Source: Myxococcales bacterium (lineage in GTDB: Bacteria; Myxococcota_A; Polyangia; Polyangiales; Polyangiaceae). From it: a stretch of DNA of 64,000 nt. The stretch covers positions 63,270 through 127,269 of the forward strand of contig JAYTOU010000037.1 in NCBI GenBank assembly GCA_043747615.1, read 5' to 3'. Position 1 is the stretch's first letter. Each line of letters starts with the position of its first letter. This document shows positions 9,341 through 18,248 of the stretch, piece after piece. The translations under genes and the position numbers were made by a program. The notes beneath the pieces are model-generated. The model was not told the DNA's origin, searched no databases, and worked only from the letters and a program-made list of their open reading frames with translations.

Positions 9341-10284
9341 TGTCCCGGCTCTACGATGACTCGGTCCGGAGCTTGACCCGTCGCCGCACGATAGCGAATC
9401 CCGAGCTGACCGAAGTCGCCTCCCGCGATGCCGATGGTGTCAGGACCAATGATCGGGGGGACAAGCCAGCCGAGGACTTCGACGTGATCGCTGAGCGCCG
9501 CGCTCCCGATGATACCCGCGCGAACCGTGGGGTCTCGCCCCGGAGAGCCGAGCATTTCGGCGACGACACCGACGCTGACCTTCCCTTCGACGCCGAGGCG
9601 AAAAGCGTATCCCACGCGGCCGCGCCACACCATTGGCGGCTTCACAATGATCCGCAGGATCTCTTCGTAGACGTTGAGGCCCGCAGTTACCCCCGTGATG
9701 TACGTGAGGTTGCCTGTAGCGATGAGGGCACCGAAGCCGACGGGTAGCGTGCCGTTCAATTCGGCCTCGCCCGCGATGTATTTCGATCGAGTGAACGCCT
9801 GCGACTCGAGGGCGAGTCGATCGTACTTCGGCTGGTCAGCGATAAAATAATGTTGGAACGCGAAGACGTAACGACCGCCGAGCCGAAGGTTCACGTACGG
9901 CAGCGTCGCGCGGAGCCCCGCGAATCCCGAGAGTTGCGAGGCCGACACTTCTGGACCCGCTTCGAAGGCAATCGCTCTCCAGAACGGGCGTCCATAACCG
10001 AGGAGCAGTCTTGGTCGAAGGTAGAGGTAGCCGACGTCGATGCTCGTCGCGACGAACCTTCGCACGGGGCCTTGCGACCAATAGCTGCCCGTCTGATCGG
10101 GGTTCTCGAACGTTTTTTGGGCGTTGGGAAGGGGTGCCGCGTCGGGTGCGGCGGGCGCCTGTTGGATCGGCGACGCCGGAGGCGCTTGTTCTGCGCGCGT
10201 CTGCGACGACGAAAGGGCGATCAAAATCGCCGCTGCTGCGCCCGTGACGCGCTTCGAAGCGCTCAGTGTGTTTCGCGCGCGCAT
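9337..10284 (-). CDS. Exported hypothetical protein, probable outer-membrane beta-barrel
   Basis: Signal peptide (TRA-E), Pro-rich linker, alternating Gly/aromatic beta-strands; overlaps both neighbours. Confidence 0.6.
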   Translation of the reverse strand: MRARNTLSASKRVTGAAAAILIALSSSQTRAEQAPPASPIQQAPAAPDAAPLPNAQKTFENPDQTGSYWSQGPVRRFVATSIDVGYLYLRPRLLLGYGRPFWRAIAFEAGPEVSASQLSGFAGLRATLPYVNLRLGGRYVFAFQHYFIADQPKYDRLALESQAFTRSKYIAGEAELNGTLPVGFGALIATGNLTYITGVTAGLNVYEEILRIIVKPPMVWRGRVGYAFRLGVEGKVSVGVVAEMLGSPGRDPTVRAGIIGSAALSDHVEVLGWLVPPIIGPDTIGIAGGDFGQLGIRYRAATGQAPDRVIVEPGQ

Positions 10285-11342
10285 TAGAACGTCCCCACGG
10301 CGGAGGCGCCCGTGACCGTCGGAACGAGCTGGATGTGGAAGGCGCGTTCGGCCTCAGCTGCGGGCGCTGGCCCGCGTTTCCGGTAGTGGAGGAGATACGG
10401 AAGCCCGAGGCCGACCCCGGTTCCGATGAGGGCGCCAGTGATGACGTCGGACGCGTAGTGCTGATCCGACGCGATGCGGAGGAGTCCCGTGGTTGCCGCT
10501 GCGGCATACGAAGTGATGCACGCGAGCTCGTCTGTCGGTCCCTCGAACAAGTCCAGATTGAGGTGATGCATGCACACCAGCGACGCACTCGCGAACGAGA
10601 GCGACGTGTGCCCGCTGAAGAAGCTCCGATTCTGTCCGAACGTCTGACAATCAAGGGAATTCGAGGGCAAATCGGTGCCGCACGTCTGTACATACGGGCG
10701 CGCGCGTCCGGTGAGCGCGGTGCTCAGCCCTTGGACGGCAGCCGTCACGGCGAGCGTTTCGAGATCTATGACCGCCATCTCTTTCGCGATCGCTTTGTTA
10801 CCGCGGTACCACCAGGCCACCACCATCGCGTCGACGAGAAATGGACCCGTTACCGACAAAGAAAGAAGGACGTCGCTCAGCTCGCGCGCGGCCATTCGCT
10901 GGTTGAAGCTGTCGAAGCGCAGCTTGCGCGCGCTCTCGTCGAAAAGAATGCTTCCGTGAATGGTGGGCGGAAGCGGCTTCACGATCGCCGTGAAGAGCGT
11001 GCTCGAGGCGGCCACCGCGGTGAGCGTGTAGTCCCAATTGTCGGAGCGCCGCCACTGGGGATTCCAGTGCAGCGTCTCTCCGCCGCGTGTTCGCGGCAGC
11101 GGGAAGGGAACGGTCGGTCCGGGGATCGGAATCGTTCGCGAAGGCGCGATGGGCTCGGGCGACGCGGGCTTCGGAGCAGGCGGCGGAGGAGCGACGACGA
11201 AAAGCGGAGCCGGGCTCGGCGTCAACGTGGGGGCGGTTGGCGGTACCGGATCTCCGCTCGCAGGCTGCTGAGCGTATGCCGAGCGCGGTGGGGCAAGCGT
11301 CGCAAGCAAGATGCCGAGCGACGCGACGAGATGGCCTCTCAT
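10284..11342 (-). CDS. PAP2 family phosphatase with signal peptide
   Basis: GRARP, SFFSGH, LLRIASDQHYASDV motifs; start MRGHLV at ATGA overlap with upstream stop. Confidence 0.85.
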   Translation of the reverse strand: MRGHLVASLGILLATLAPPRSAYAQQPASGDPVPPTAPTLTPSPAPLFVVAPPPPAPKPASPEPIAPSRTIPIPGPTVPFPLPRTRGGETLHWNPQWRRSDNWDYTLTAVAASSTLFTAIVKPLPPTIHGSILFDESARKLRFDSFNQRMAARELSDVLLSLSVTGPFLVDAMVVAWWYRGNKAIAKEMAVIDLETLAVTAAVQGLSTALTGRARPYVQTCGTDLPSNSLDCQTFGQNRSFFSGHTSLSFASASLVCMHHLNLDLFEGPTDELACITSYAAAATTGLLRIASDQHYASDVITGALIGTGVGLGLPYLLHYRKRGPAPAAEAERAFHIQLVPTVTGASAVGTF

Positions 11343-13075
11343 CCGGTATCGAATTCCAAGCCGATCGTGAATCGGTACTGGGGATAAAGCAGCGGCACGC
11401 CTTTCAGCTGCGGCACGGGGACGGCGATCGTGAGCGGGTTGATGATGAGATAGAAGCTCCGTGAGGCTTTCCATTCGATTCCGAGCGGGCTGATCCCGAA
11501 GAAGATGCCGATGCTGCCCGACGGCGCGCCGTAGAGACTCGTCGTTAGGTAGGAGGTGCCGAAGTTCACAGTGCTTCGGAGGTTGAAGTTCTCGTAGGCT
11601 AGAGGAAAGCGCAGAATCGCGGTGCCATATACGTTCACCACCGATGCGCCCGAGCTGTTCGAGCCGTTGACAGCGATCCACCGGTTGAGTTCACCGTCGA
11701 TGCCGAACGCCCAGTGCGGGGTCGGGCGAATCCGAAAGCCGATGCTCCCCGCAGCGGCCGGCTTGTCGAACGACCCGGAGATGGCGCCGTAAAATCCGAA
11801 GCTCGTCTTCGCGGGATCGTGGGAGCCGGGCTCCGCGACGGGCCTGGTGGGCTCGGCCTCGATCGCCGCTTTCTCGCCGCTGGTGAGACGGTTACCGCTG
11901 TCGTCGACTTGCGGCTTCGTCCCTGCAGGCGCGGTCTTCGTCGGCGCCGAAGGCGGCTCGGGAGCTTGCGCCCCCGCGACCCCAGAGGTGAGAAGAACGG
12001 TGGCAACGACGGAGCCAAGGGCTGCGGTGCGCGCACGCCGCGCTCGTCGTGTGAACGCGAGAGCTCCTAGGGCGAGCGCCGACAGCCCCAGCCACGTGCC
12101 CCCTGCAGTCTTCGAGGGGATCTGACACCCGCACGCGCCCGTCGATTTGTAGGCGGCCTCCGGCGCATCGCACCAGTTATTGCCGTTGGTACAGCCGGCC
12201 TGGTAGCCCAGATATTTGTCGAGGGTGACGTCGACCTCGGCGAGCTTCGCTGCCGGCGGCTTCGAGGGATCGAGCGCCGAGCGGAGAAGCGCGGTCGCAG
12301 CCGCGGTGGCGAGCTCACGCCTGACGCGACGCCGGTCGTCCGGATCATCGCAGCGATCAAGCTCGGCCAGATGCGGCGGGCCGTCACGTGATTCGACCAG
12401 TTTACCATTTACGGATTCGACCCAGTTCAAGACCACGGTGACCTTCATTCCGTCCGGAGTGCGATATGTGTGCGTGAAGCTGTCCTCCACGGCGTGAATT
12501 GCTTGGCCCATGAGAACGTAGAACGTGGGCAACGAGGCATCGACCGATCCGCGTAGCGACAGATGTAGCGGAAGAATGGTGCGCTTGGTGTCATCGACGT
12601 CTCCCGCCGGGTCGAGCGCGTCGAGAGCGTCGGCGATCTTCTGGTGGACGAACGCACGGCAATCACGCATTGCCGCTTCCGATCCGCCGGGCTCGATCTG
12701 CTCGAGGCTGCGCAGGCAGTGCTCGGCCTGACCGTCGGGGTTACCGTGAACCGCGGCAAGCTGACTGAGATCGCCCGAGCCGCGCCCTTTGAGATCGTTG
12801 TCACGTATCCCGATGAGCAGCGTCGCGCCGCCGAGATCGTCCATGTCGCTGTCGGGCTTGAACTGAAGATCGCCGATCAGCGCCTTCTCGTCGTCGTTGG
12901 CGGCGAGCGGGTGAGCGGTCGGCAGCTCTTTTCGGACGGCGCGGAGCGCGTCGCTGGTGATGCGCTCGTGGCATCCGGACGAAAAGGCATTCGCAATCGT
13001 GTAAGCGTGGGCGCTCTCGGTAGTCGCCAAGCCCGCGAGGGACAGGATCGCCCCAAGCTTCCAATGAGTACGCAT
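11339..13075 (-). CDS. Exported Zn-dependent PLC/P1-nuclease-like domain + internal MYXO-CTERM-like segment + C-terminal beta-barrel
   Basis: Signal peptide (AHA-Y); CHERIT, EHCLR, GQAIHAVEDSFTH metal-ligand pattern; GACGC...hydrophobic...RRARR; beta-strand C-terminus (YRFTIGLEF). Confidence 0.65.
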   Translation of the reverse strand: MRTHWKLGAILSLAGLATTESAHAYTIANAFSSGCHERITSDALRAVRKELPTAHPLAANDDEKALIGDLQFKPDSDMDDLGGATLLIGIRDNDLKGRGSGDLSQLAAVHGNPDGQAEHCLRSLEQIEPGGSEAAMRDCRAFVHQKIADALDALDPAGDVDDTKRTILPLHLSLRGSVDASLPTFYVLMGQAIHAVEDSFTHTYRTPDGMKVTVVLNWVESVNGKLVESRDGPPHLAELDRCDDPDDRRRVRRELATAAATALLRSALDPSKPPAAKLAEVDVTLDKYLGYQAGCTNGNNWCDAPEAAYKSTGACGCQIPSKTAGGTWLGLSALALGALAFTRRARRARTAALGSVVATVLLTSGVAGAQAPEPPSAPTKTAPAGTKPQVDDSGNRLTSGEKAAIEAEPTRPVAEPGSHDPAKTSFGFYGAISGSFDKPAAAGSIGFRIRPTPHWAFGIDGELNRWIAVNGSNSSGASVVNVYGTAILRFPLAYENFNLRSTVNFGTSYLTTSLYGAPSGSIGIFFGISPLGIEWKASRSFYLIINPLTIAVPVPQLKGVPLLYPQYRFTIGLEFDTG

Positions 13076-13126
13076 TTGTATCCCCGCTCTCACGGATCGA
13101 AGCGGCCCGCGTGCTTTACGCAGCCC

Positions 13127-13142
13127 AGCAAGGTGCGTGCCC
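13127..13142 (-). promoter_or_regulatory. Sigma-54 (-24/-12) promoter
   Basis: Minus strand GGGCACGCACCTTGCT versus consensus TGGCACG-N4-TTGCW; GG-N10-GC spacing correct; about 50 nt upstream of ATG 13075. Confidence 0.7.
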
Positions 13143-13205
13143 TCCGTCAATCGCGCAAACAAGGGCGTTTTGGCGCCGCGCGAGGGCTGCCCGATCTGAC
13201 AGCTC

Positions 13206-13219
13206 TGCCACGTGTGGCA
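13206..13219. promoter_or_regulatory. Inverted repeat, candidate activator/operator site
   Basis: TGCCAC-GT-GTGGCA in the divergent intergenic region, about 65-80 bp upstream of the sigma-54 -24 box. Confidence 0.35.
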
Positions 13220-13284
13220 AAGCGCCACTGCCGGAGGAGGACCGAACAACGGGCGTTAGCTGAGCGGCATCGACTCCACTCATC

Positions 13285-14169
13285 ATGACTACGCGCCTTG
13301 CCGTCAGTGCCCTGACCGACGTCGGATTGGTTCGGGAGATGAACGAAGATGCCTTTCTCGTCGCCGACCTGCCGGGCGAAGCTTTCGCGCCGAGTGCGGA
13401 GGTCACGCGCTTCGAGGTCACCGATCATGGCGCGCTCATCGCGCTCTCCGACGGCATGGGAGGTCACAAGGATGGCGCTGAAGCAAGCCGCCTCACCCTC
13501 GCCGCGCTCTTGAGCGCACTAGCGTCGTCCGCACCTTCGGCAGAAGCGAGTGAGCGGCTGAAGGAGGCGGTGGAGGCTGCGAACCTCGCCGTCTTCAACG
13601 CGGGTGAAGGCGTCGGCTCGCACCGAATGGGAGCTACGCTGACCGCCGTTCTCGTTCAGGGACGCGAGGCCTTTCTCGCAGAGATCGGTGACTCGCGTGC
13701 GTACCTCCTGCGAGGCGGCGTGATCAAGCAGGTCACGCACGATCAAAGCATGCGGCAGGCGCTTCTCGACTCCGGCGCGGTCTCGCCCAAGGAGGCGGCC
13801 GAAAGTCCTTTTCGAAACATCGTCCTGCAGGCAATCGGGCAGAAGCCCGCAGTGACCGTAGCCCTAGGGAAGCTGGAGCTGCGCGCTCGTGACTGCATCA
13901 TCCTCTGCTCGGACGGCCTCTCGAACGAGCTCACGAAGGAGGAGATCGGCAAGGTCATCCTCGGCGCGCAGAGCCTCAGCGAAGCCTCCGCCGAGCTGGT
14001 CGAGCTCGCGAAGCGCCGCGGTGGACACGACAACATCACCGTCGTCATCGCGGGCGTCGGTGGCGACGTTTCACCGATGGTGCCCGGTGAGCGAATCTCC
14101 TCGACGTTCGACATCCTCAGCACGTTCGATGGGAAGCCGCCGAGCCGCCGACCACCCAGCCAAGCTTAG
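13285..14169 (+). CDS. PP2C-family Ser/Thr protein phosphatase (Stp1/PrpC-like)
   Basis: TDVGLVREMNEDA, DGMGGH, IGDSRAY, THDQS, CSDGL, GGHDNIT. Confidence 0.93.
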   Translation: MTTRLAVSALTDVGLVREMNEDAFLVADLPGEAFAPSAEVTRFEVTDHGALIALSDGMGGHKDGAEASRLTLAALLSALASSAPSAEASERLKEAVEAANLAVFNAGEGVGSHRMGATLTAVLVQGREAFLAEIGDSRAYLLRGGVIKQVTHDQSMRQALLDSGAVSPKEAAESPFRNIVLQAIGQKPAVTVALGKLELRARDCIILCSDGLSNELTKEEIGKVILGAQSLSEASAELVELAKRRGGHDNITVVIAGVGGDVSPMVPGERISSTFDILSTFDGKPPSRRPPSQA

Positions 14170-14177
14170 GCACGCCG

Positions 14178-15119
14178 TCAGAAGATTCCGGTGAGCCCAA
14201 TGCCCCCGCCGCCCTGATAGACGAGCGGCATCGGAGCGATGTTTCCGTAGGTGGTCTTCAAGAGCGGCTTCGAGCGCGTCTTGCCAAATCCGTAGTGGAG
14301 GAGGGACGGCAGCACGTAGCCCGAGAAGAGCCCGACGGCCGTTCCGGTGAGGACGTCCGACGCGTAGTGACGATCGGCGACCAGGCGAAGTAGGCCCGTA
14401 GTCGTTGCGACGCCGAGCATTCCCACGCAGACCAGCGCGTCGGGAGCGCCACCGCCATAGAGCGGAAAATGCTGGTGATGCACGCAGGTGAGCCCGGCGA
14501 TGGTGAACGTGGCCGCGGCGTGACCGCTGTAAAAGCTCTGGTTGTCGACCTTGGGAAAGCACACGTTGGCGCCGACGAACTGCTGCCCCGACGGGCGGCT
14601 CGGATCGCAGTCCTGCGCGTACGGGCGCTGCCTCCCGACGGACCGCTCCATGCCGAGGCTGAGGACGCCGGCGAAGCCGAGAGACTGCATGTCGATCAGC
14701 GTCATCTCGAGGGCGACGTCCGCGTTCTGGTGAACGCCGAGGGCCATGATGTAATTGTCGACGACGTACGGAAAAAGGACGGTCCCCTTGTAGAGGGTGT
14801 CGCTCACGTCGGCCGCAGTTTGCTCCGCCTTCGCCGTGGTACCACGGAAGAATTTTCGGGCCGCGTTGTCGAAGAGAATCGGCCCCTTCCAATTCGGTTG
14901 CGAGGGCGCATCGATCTTCGACAAGACGATGGACCCGACCGTGAGCCCCACGACCGCCAGGACTTCGACGGTGCGAAAGCGGGCCCACTCGTCGTTCCAT
15001 TTCACCTTCGGCTCTTGCCAGTGACGTTCGACCGGTGCGTCATCGGCCTTTGCCTCGGGCGACGCGCCGAAGACCACGCTGAGCACGATCAGACTAGAAA
15101 TAAGGCGTTTCGTGCTCAT
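14178..15119 (-). CDS. PAP2 family phosphatase with signal peptide (paralogue of 10284-11342)
   Basis: GRQRP, SFYSGH, LLRLVADRHYASDV; AKA-D cleavage site. Confidence 0.85.
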   Translation of the reverse strand: MSTKRLISSLIVLSVVFGASPEAKADDAPVERHWQEPKVKWNDEWARFRTVEVLAVVGLTVGSIVLSKIDAPSQPNWKGPILFDNAARKFFRGTTAKAEQTAADVSDTLYKGTVLFPYVVDNYIMALGVHQNADVALEMTLIDMQSLGFAGVLSLGMERSVGRQRPYAQDCDPSRPSGQQFVGANVCFPKVDNQSFYSGHAAATFTIAGLTCVHHQHFPLYGGGAPDALVCVGMLGVATTTGLLRLVADRHYASDVLTGTAVGLFSGYVLPSLLHYGFGKTRSKPLLKTTYGNIAPMPLVYQGGGGIGLTGIF

Positions 15120-16879
15120 CGCTCGAGCCCGGCGATCCGGAATCCGCGGGACGGACCGAGATCATAGAAGTGAATTCTCACCGGACTCTCCGCTTGACCG
15201 TTCGCGATGTCGACGAAGAGGTAACGTGAGGGTGCACCGTCTTGGTCGCCTCCGTCCTGAGCCACGTGGGGGAGCGAAAAGCAGACCCGCCCTTCGTCCG
15301 CGACGGCCGGCATGAGCTGAAGACGCGGCGCGAGCTCTTCACCGGCATAGAGCTTTGCCGAGTAGGCGAACTGCGAGTCGGGAAAGGTCTTCGTCTTGCG
15401 CGCGAGATCCACTCCGCAGAGCGTGGTCTGGGCGCCTTCCGTTGCCACTTTGAAGTCGGTCATCGGAGAGAGCTTCTTGAAGTAGCGCTCGAGGATCCGC
15501 CGCTGACGAACGAGGAGATGACCGACGATGAAGGGCGTGTGCCGAGGATCGGTGTAGTCGCCGACCTTCACCGCCGCGAGGACGTCCTCCGGGGTGAAGC
15601 GGGCGATGAGCCGCGTGGCCCACGCCGCGTCGTGCTCGCTCATGTTCGCGAAGGTCGGATTCGGATAGCCGCCGCGCCATGTGGTCGGGTCGAAATCCGC
15701 GGATTCGAAGAAGCCGAAAATCGCGCCGTCCGGCGAGCGTTGGGCATGATCCCAGTGACGCTCGGGAATGCCGAGGGTCAGGAAATCCTCGAGGATGTAG
15801 GGGATATCGAAATAGTAGGAGTAGCTGAGGCGCTTCGACATCCCCTCCCAGTCCCACTCGCTTCCGAAGCAGTCTCCGAGGTCGATGATCCAGTGGCGGA
15901 AGTGCCCGGGGGTGCTGTCGGGATCCTTGGCGTTCGCCGACATCCAGGTAGTCATCGTGTTCTGCTCGCGCGAGTCGAAGTGCGAGGTCCACGCCGCAAA
16001 GAGCTTGGCTCCGCGCAGATCGCGGCGGTGCTCGTGGGCAATGACGTCGGATGGATCGTCTTTGCGCATGCCGGCATACGTGAATGGACCAACGGTGCGA
16101 CCGGGGAGCCAGCGCGAGGCCACCATGCGCACGAGCGCTCCGCGATGCGACGCTCCAGCGAGGAGCTTCTTCAACGCCGCCTCGTCGAAAGGCTTCGATG
16201 CCCCGGAGTTGTCGGTCACCGTGAGCCCAGGTTTCAGCTTGAGGACCGCGGGGTCGAAGTACACGACCGAGTCGCACGGCGCCCAATAGCCCGCCGCGTA
16301 ATAGATGCGAGAGGCGATCGACGTGGCCCCCGTGGCCCGCTCGGGCTGCTCCTTCGGATCGGATTTGAGCATGAATTTCCCGACTCCCGGGATGTTCACG
16401 CGAAAGCCAGGGTTGGCGCCGTTCGCCTTTCCTTGATCGATGATCCATGTGCCCTCGCCGGACTTCGGGTCGAGGAGGTCGGTGCCGCAGTAGCCCGAGG
16501 CGACGTCTGCGGCCGTGTAGTTGCCCCGACCGATGCGGTTCACGAACCAGCTGGAGTCGGCGACCTCGTCCATGCTGTTCACGTTCAGAGCTTCGCCCGC
16601 AGGGTCGACGGCGAAGAAGCGGACCATGGGGCGGAGCACGATGTTGTCCGCGCCGTCGAGCGAGAACGACGACACGTACTCCTCGGGCGTGCACACCTCG
16701 TGATTCGGTTTGTCCTTCGAGGGCTTGGGATCGGCGTGGCAGCTCATGGCCACTGGATCGAGATCCGTGTCTCGCCAGAGCGGCTCGCGCAGAGGAAAAC
16801 GCCGCACCGCACCGCTGCTGCATCCGCCGAGGAGCGCGAGGATCATTCCCCCTATAAAAATACGCTTCTCAGAAGCCAT
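15116..16879 (-). CDS. Hypothetical lipoprotein with atypical kinase-like motifs
   Basis: Lipobox LLGGC; GKANGANPG...FMLK, E in QPERAT, DSREQN, IIDLG; ATGA overlap with downstream PAP2. Confidence 0.65.
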   Translation of the reverse strand: MASEKRIFIGGMILALLGGCSSGAVRRFPLREPLWRDTDLDPVAMSCHADPKPSKDKPNHEVCTPEEYVSSFSLDGADNIVLRPMVRFFAVDPAGEALNVNSMDEVADSSWFVNRIGRGNYTAADVASGYCGTDLLDPKSGEGTWIIDQGKANGANPGFRVNIPGVGKFMLKSDPKEQPERATGATSIASRIYYAAGYWAPCDSVVYFDPAVLKLKPGLTVTDNSGASKPFDEAALKKLLAGASHRGALVRMVASRWLPGRTVGPFTYAGMRKDDPSDVIAHEHRRDLRGAKLFAAWTSHFDSREQNTMTTWMSANAKDPDSTPGHFRHWIIDLGDCFGSEWDWEGMSKRLSYSYYFDIPYILEDFLTLGIPERHWDHAQRSPDGAIFGFFESADFDPTTWRGGYPNPTFANMSEHDAAWATRLIARFTPEDVLAAVKVGDYTDPRHTPFIVGHLLVRQRRILERYFKKLSPMTDFKVATEGAQTTLCGVDLARKTKTFPDSQFAYSAKLYAGEELAPRLQLMPAVADEGRVCFSLPHVAQDGGDQDGAPSRYLFVDIANGQAESPVRIHFYDLGPSRGFRIAGLER

Positions 16880-18248
16880 GGGTTGCTCCGATCGCGAGGC
16901 GGAACGAATCGACCTTTGCGCCGTCTTTGAACGTCTCGGTACCGACCCCGACGAGAACCTCGAGCTGGTTGTCCGGTGACGTGTTCGTGCGAAGTCCGAT
17001 GCCGGAAGAGATGCGGAGGAGGCTCGGTTTGAAGTCTTGGAGCCCTGCCCCGAAGACGTTCCCTGCCGCCACGTGCATCGTGCCGTCGAGCCAGATCCAG
17101 ATGGGCCACTGGTACTGGAGCGTGGTGATGAAGGCGCTGCGATCCACGAGACGCCCAATGAGGTAGCCGCGCATGTAGTCGGGGCCGCCGAGGTTGACCT
17201 GCTCTGTGAAGGGGATCTGGCTGCCTTGGCCGGTGATCGGATCAGCGAAGAGCGTCGTCACGTGAAGACTGAGGACGCGGTTGTGGCCCGTGATGTCGAC
17301 GAAGCCAGCGGCGGTGCCGCCGTATTTCGCCCACGAATTTCCGGGCGATCGGCGCATGTTGAAGGCCGGCTCACCAAACGCGGCGAGGCGGATTCCGTTC
17401 TGCGGGGCCGGGCGCACGGCGCGCGTGTCGTACGTGAGCTGCATCTTCTCGTAAGCGATCGTGTAGCCGTCCACGAACCCGGGCGGGAGCGAAGCGAGGG
17501 TCCCGTCGGCGACGCGATCGACAATCCGGGGATCCTGGCAGCACGCGTCGTTGCCGAAGGTGGTGCTTCGCACGCCGAGCGCCGTGTGAAAGTGAAGAGC
17601 GTTGGTGACTTGGTGATCGAGGTAGGTTGAGGCGCCGAGGGTGTCGGCGGAGAAACGGGCGCGATTCATGTTCAGCGAGCGCGGGCCCATCCCGTAGAAG
17701 AACCAGTCTTGCCGGCGCGAGCCGTCTACCCGAAAGGAGAGCGTCGACGTGGTGCTCAGCTTGATGCTGTCGGTGACGCTCGCCTTCAACCAGTCCTGCC
17801 CCCACGTACCGGCGTGAACGCGGAGGTTATTTTTCTTGGCGAGGAAGTCGTCCCAGAAAAAGTAGAAGCCGACGCTCGGCTTGAATCCGAAATCGATGAA
17901 CGCCGTGGGGACGATCCCGACCTTGTGATCCCGATCGAAGGTGAACCAGTCGGCAAGCTTGTCGGTGAGCTTCGCGTTCTCCACGCCGAGAATGACCCCG
18001 CTGAGAGGCTTGCGGATCAAGTACTCGCTCGTCACGTAGAACGGCGCGGCGACGACGCGAGGAACCCAGATCAGCACGTCTCCCGCGGTGGTCGGCTTCG
18101 GACCGCGGCCGTCGTAGTCGGGCACCGCGCGCTTCGGCGTCAGCGGCGTGTCGTCAGCACGAGCGACGGCGGACGACGCAAGCGACGCGACGACAGCGAC
18201 GACGATCGCGAGCCGGGAGTGAGCGCGGGTGGTCAGGGAGTGCGCCAC
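16869..18248 (-). CDS. BamA/TamA (Omp85) family outer-membrane protein
   Basis: Signal peptide (ARA-D); DTRAVRPAPQNG, LGGPDYMRGY...R (L6 loop motif), C-terminal Phe; no obvious room for multiple POTRA domains. Confidence 0.8.
   Translation of the reverse strand: MAHSLTTRAHSRLAIVVAVVASLASSAVARADDTPLTPKRAVPDYDGRGPKPTTAGDVLIWVPRVVAAPFYVTSEYLIRKPLSGVILGVENAKLTDKLADWFTFDRDHKVGIVPTAFIDFGFKPSVGFYFFWDDFLAKKNNLRVHAGTWGQDWLKASVTDSIKLSTTSTLSFRVDGSRRQDWFFYGMGPRSLNMNRARFSADTLGASTYLDHQVTNALHFHTALGVRSTTFGNDACCQDPRIVDRVADGTLASLPPGFVDGYTIAYEKMQLTYDTRAVRPAPQNGIRLAAFGEPAFNMRRSPGNSWAKYGGTAAGFVDITGHNRVLSLHVTTLFADPITGQGSQIPFTEQVNLGGPDYMRGYLIGRLVDRSAFITTLQYQWPIWIWLDGTMHVAAGNVFGAGLQDFKPSLLRISSGIGLRTNTSPDNQLEVLVGVGTETFKDGAKVDSFRLAIGATHGF

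Noticed and set aside
15242..16930. 562-aa plus-strand ORF and similar long shadows (7521-9131, 27469-28923, 29701-31092, 44784-46757)
   Set aside because: They overlap better-supported genes, are Arg/Ala-rich and show no recognisable motifs
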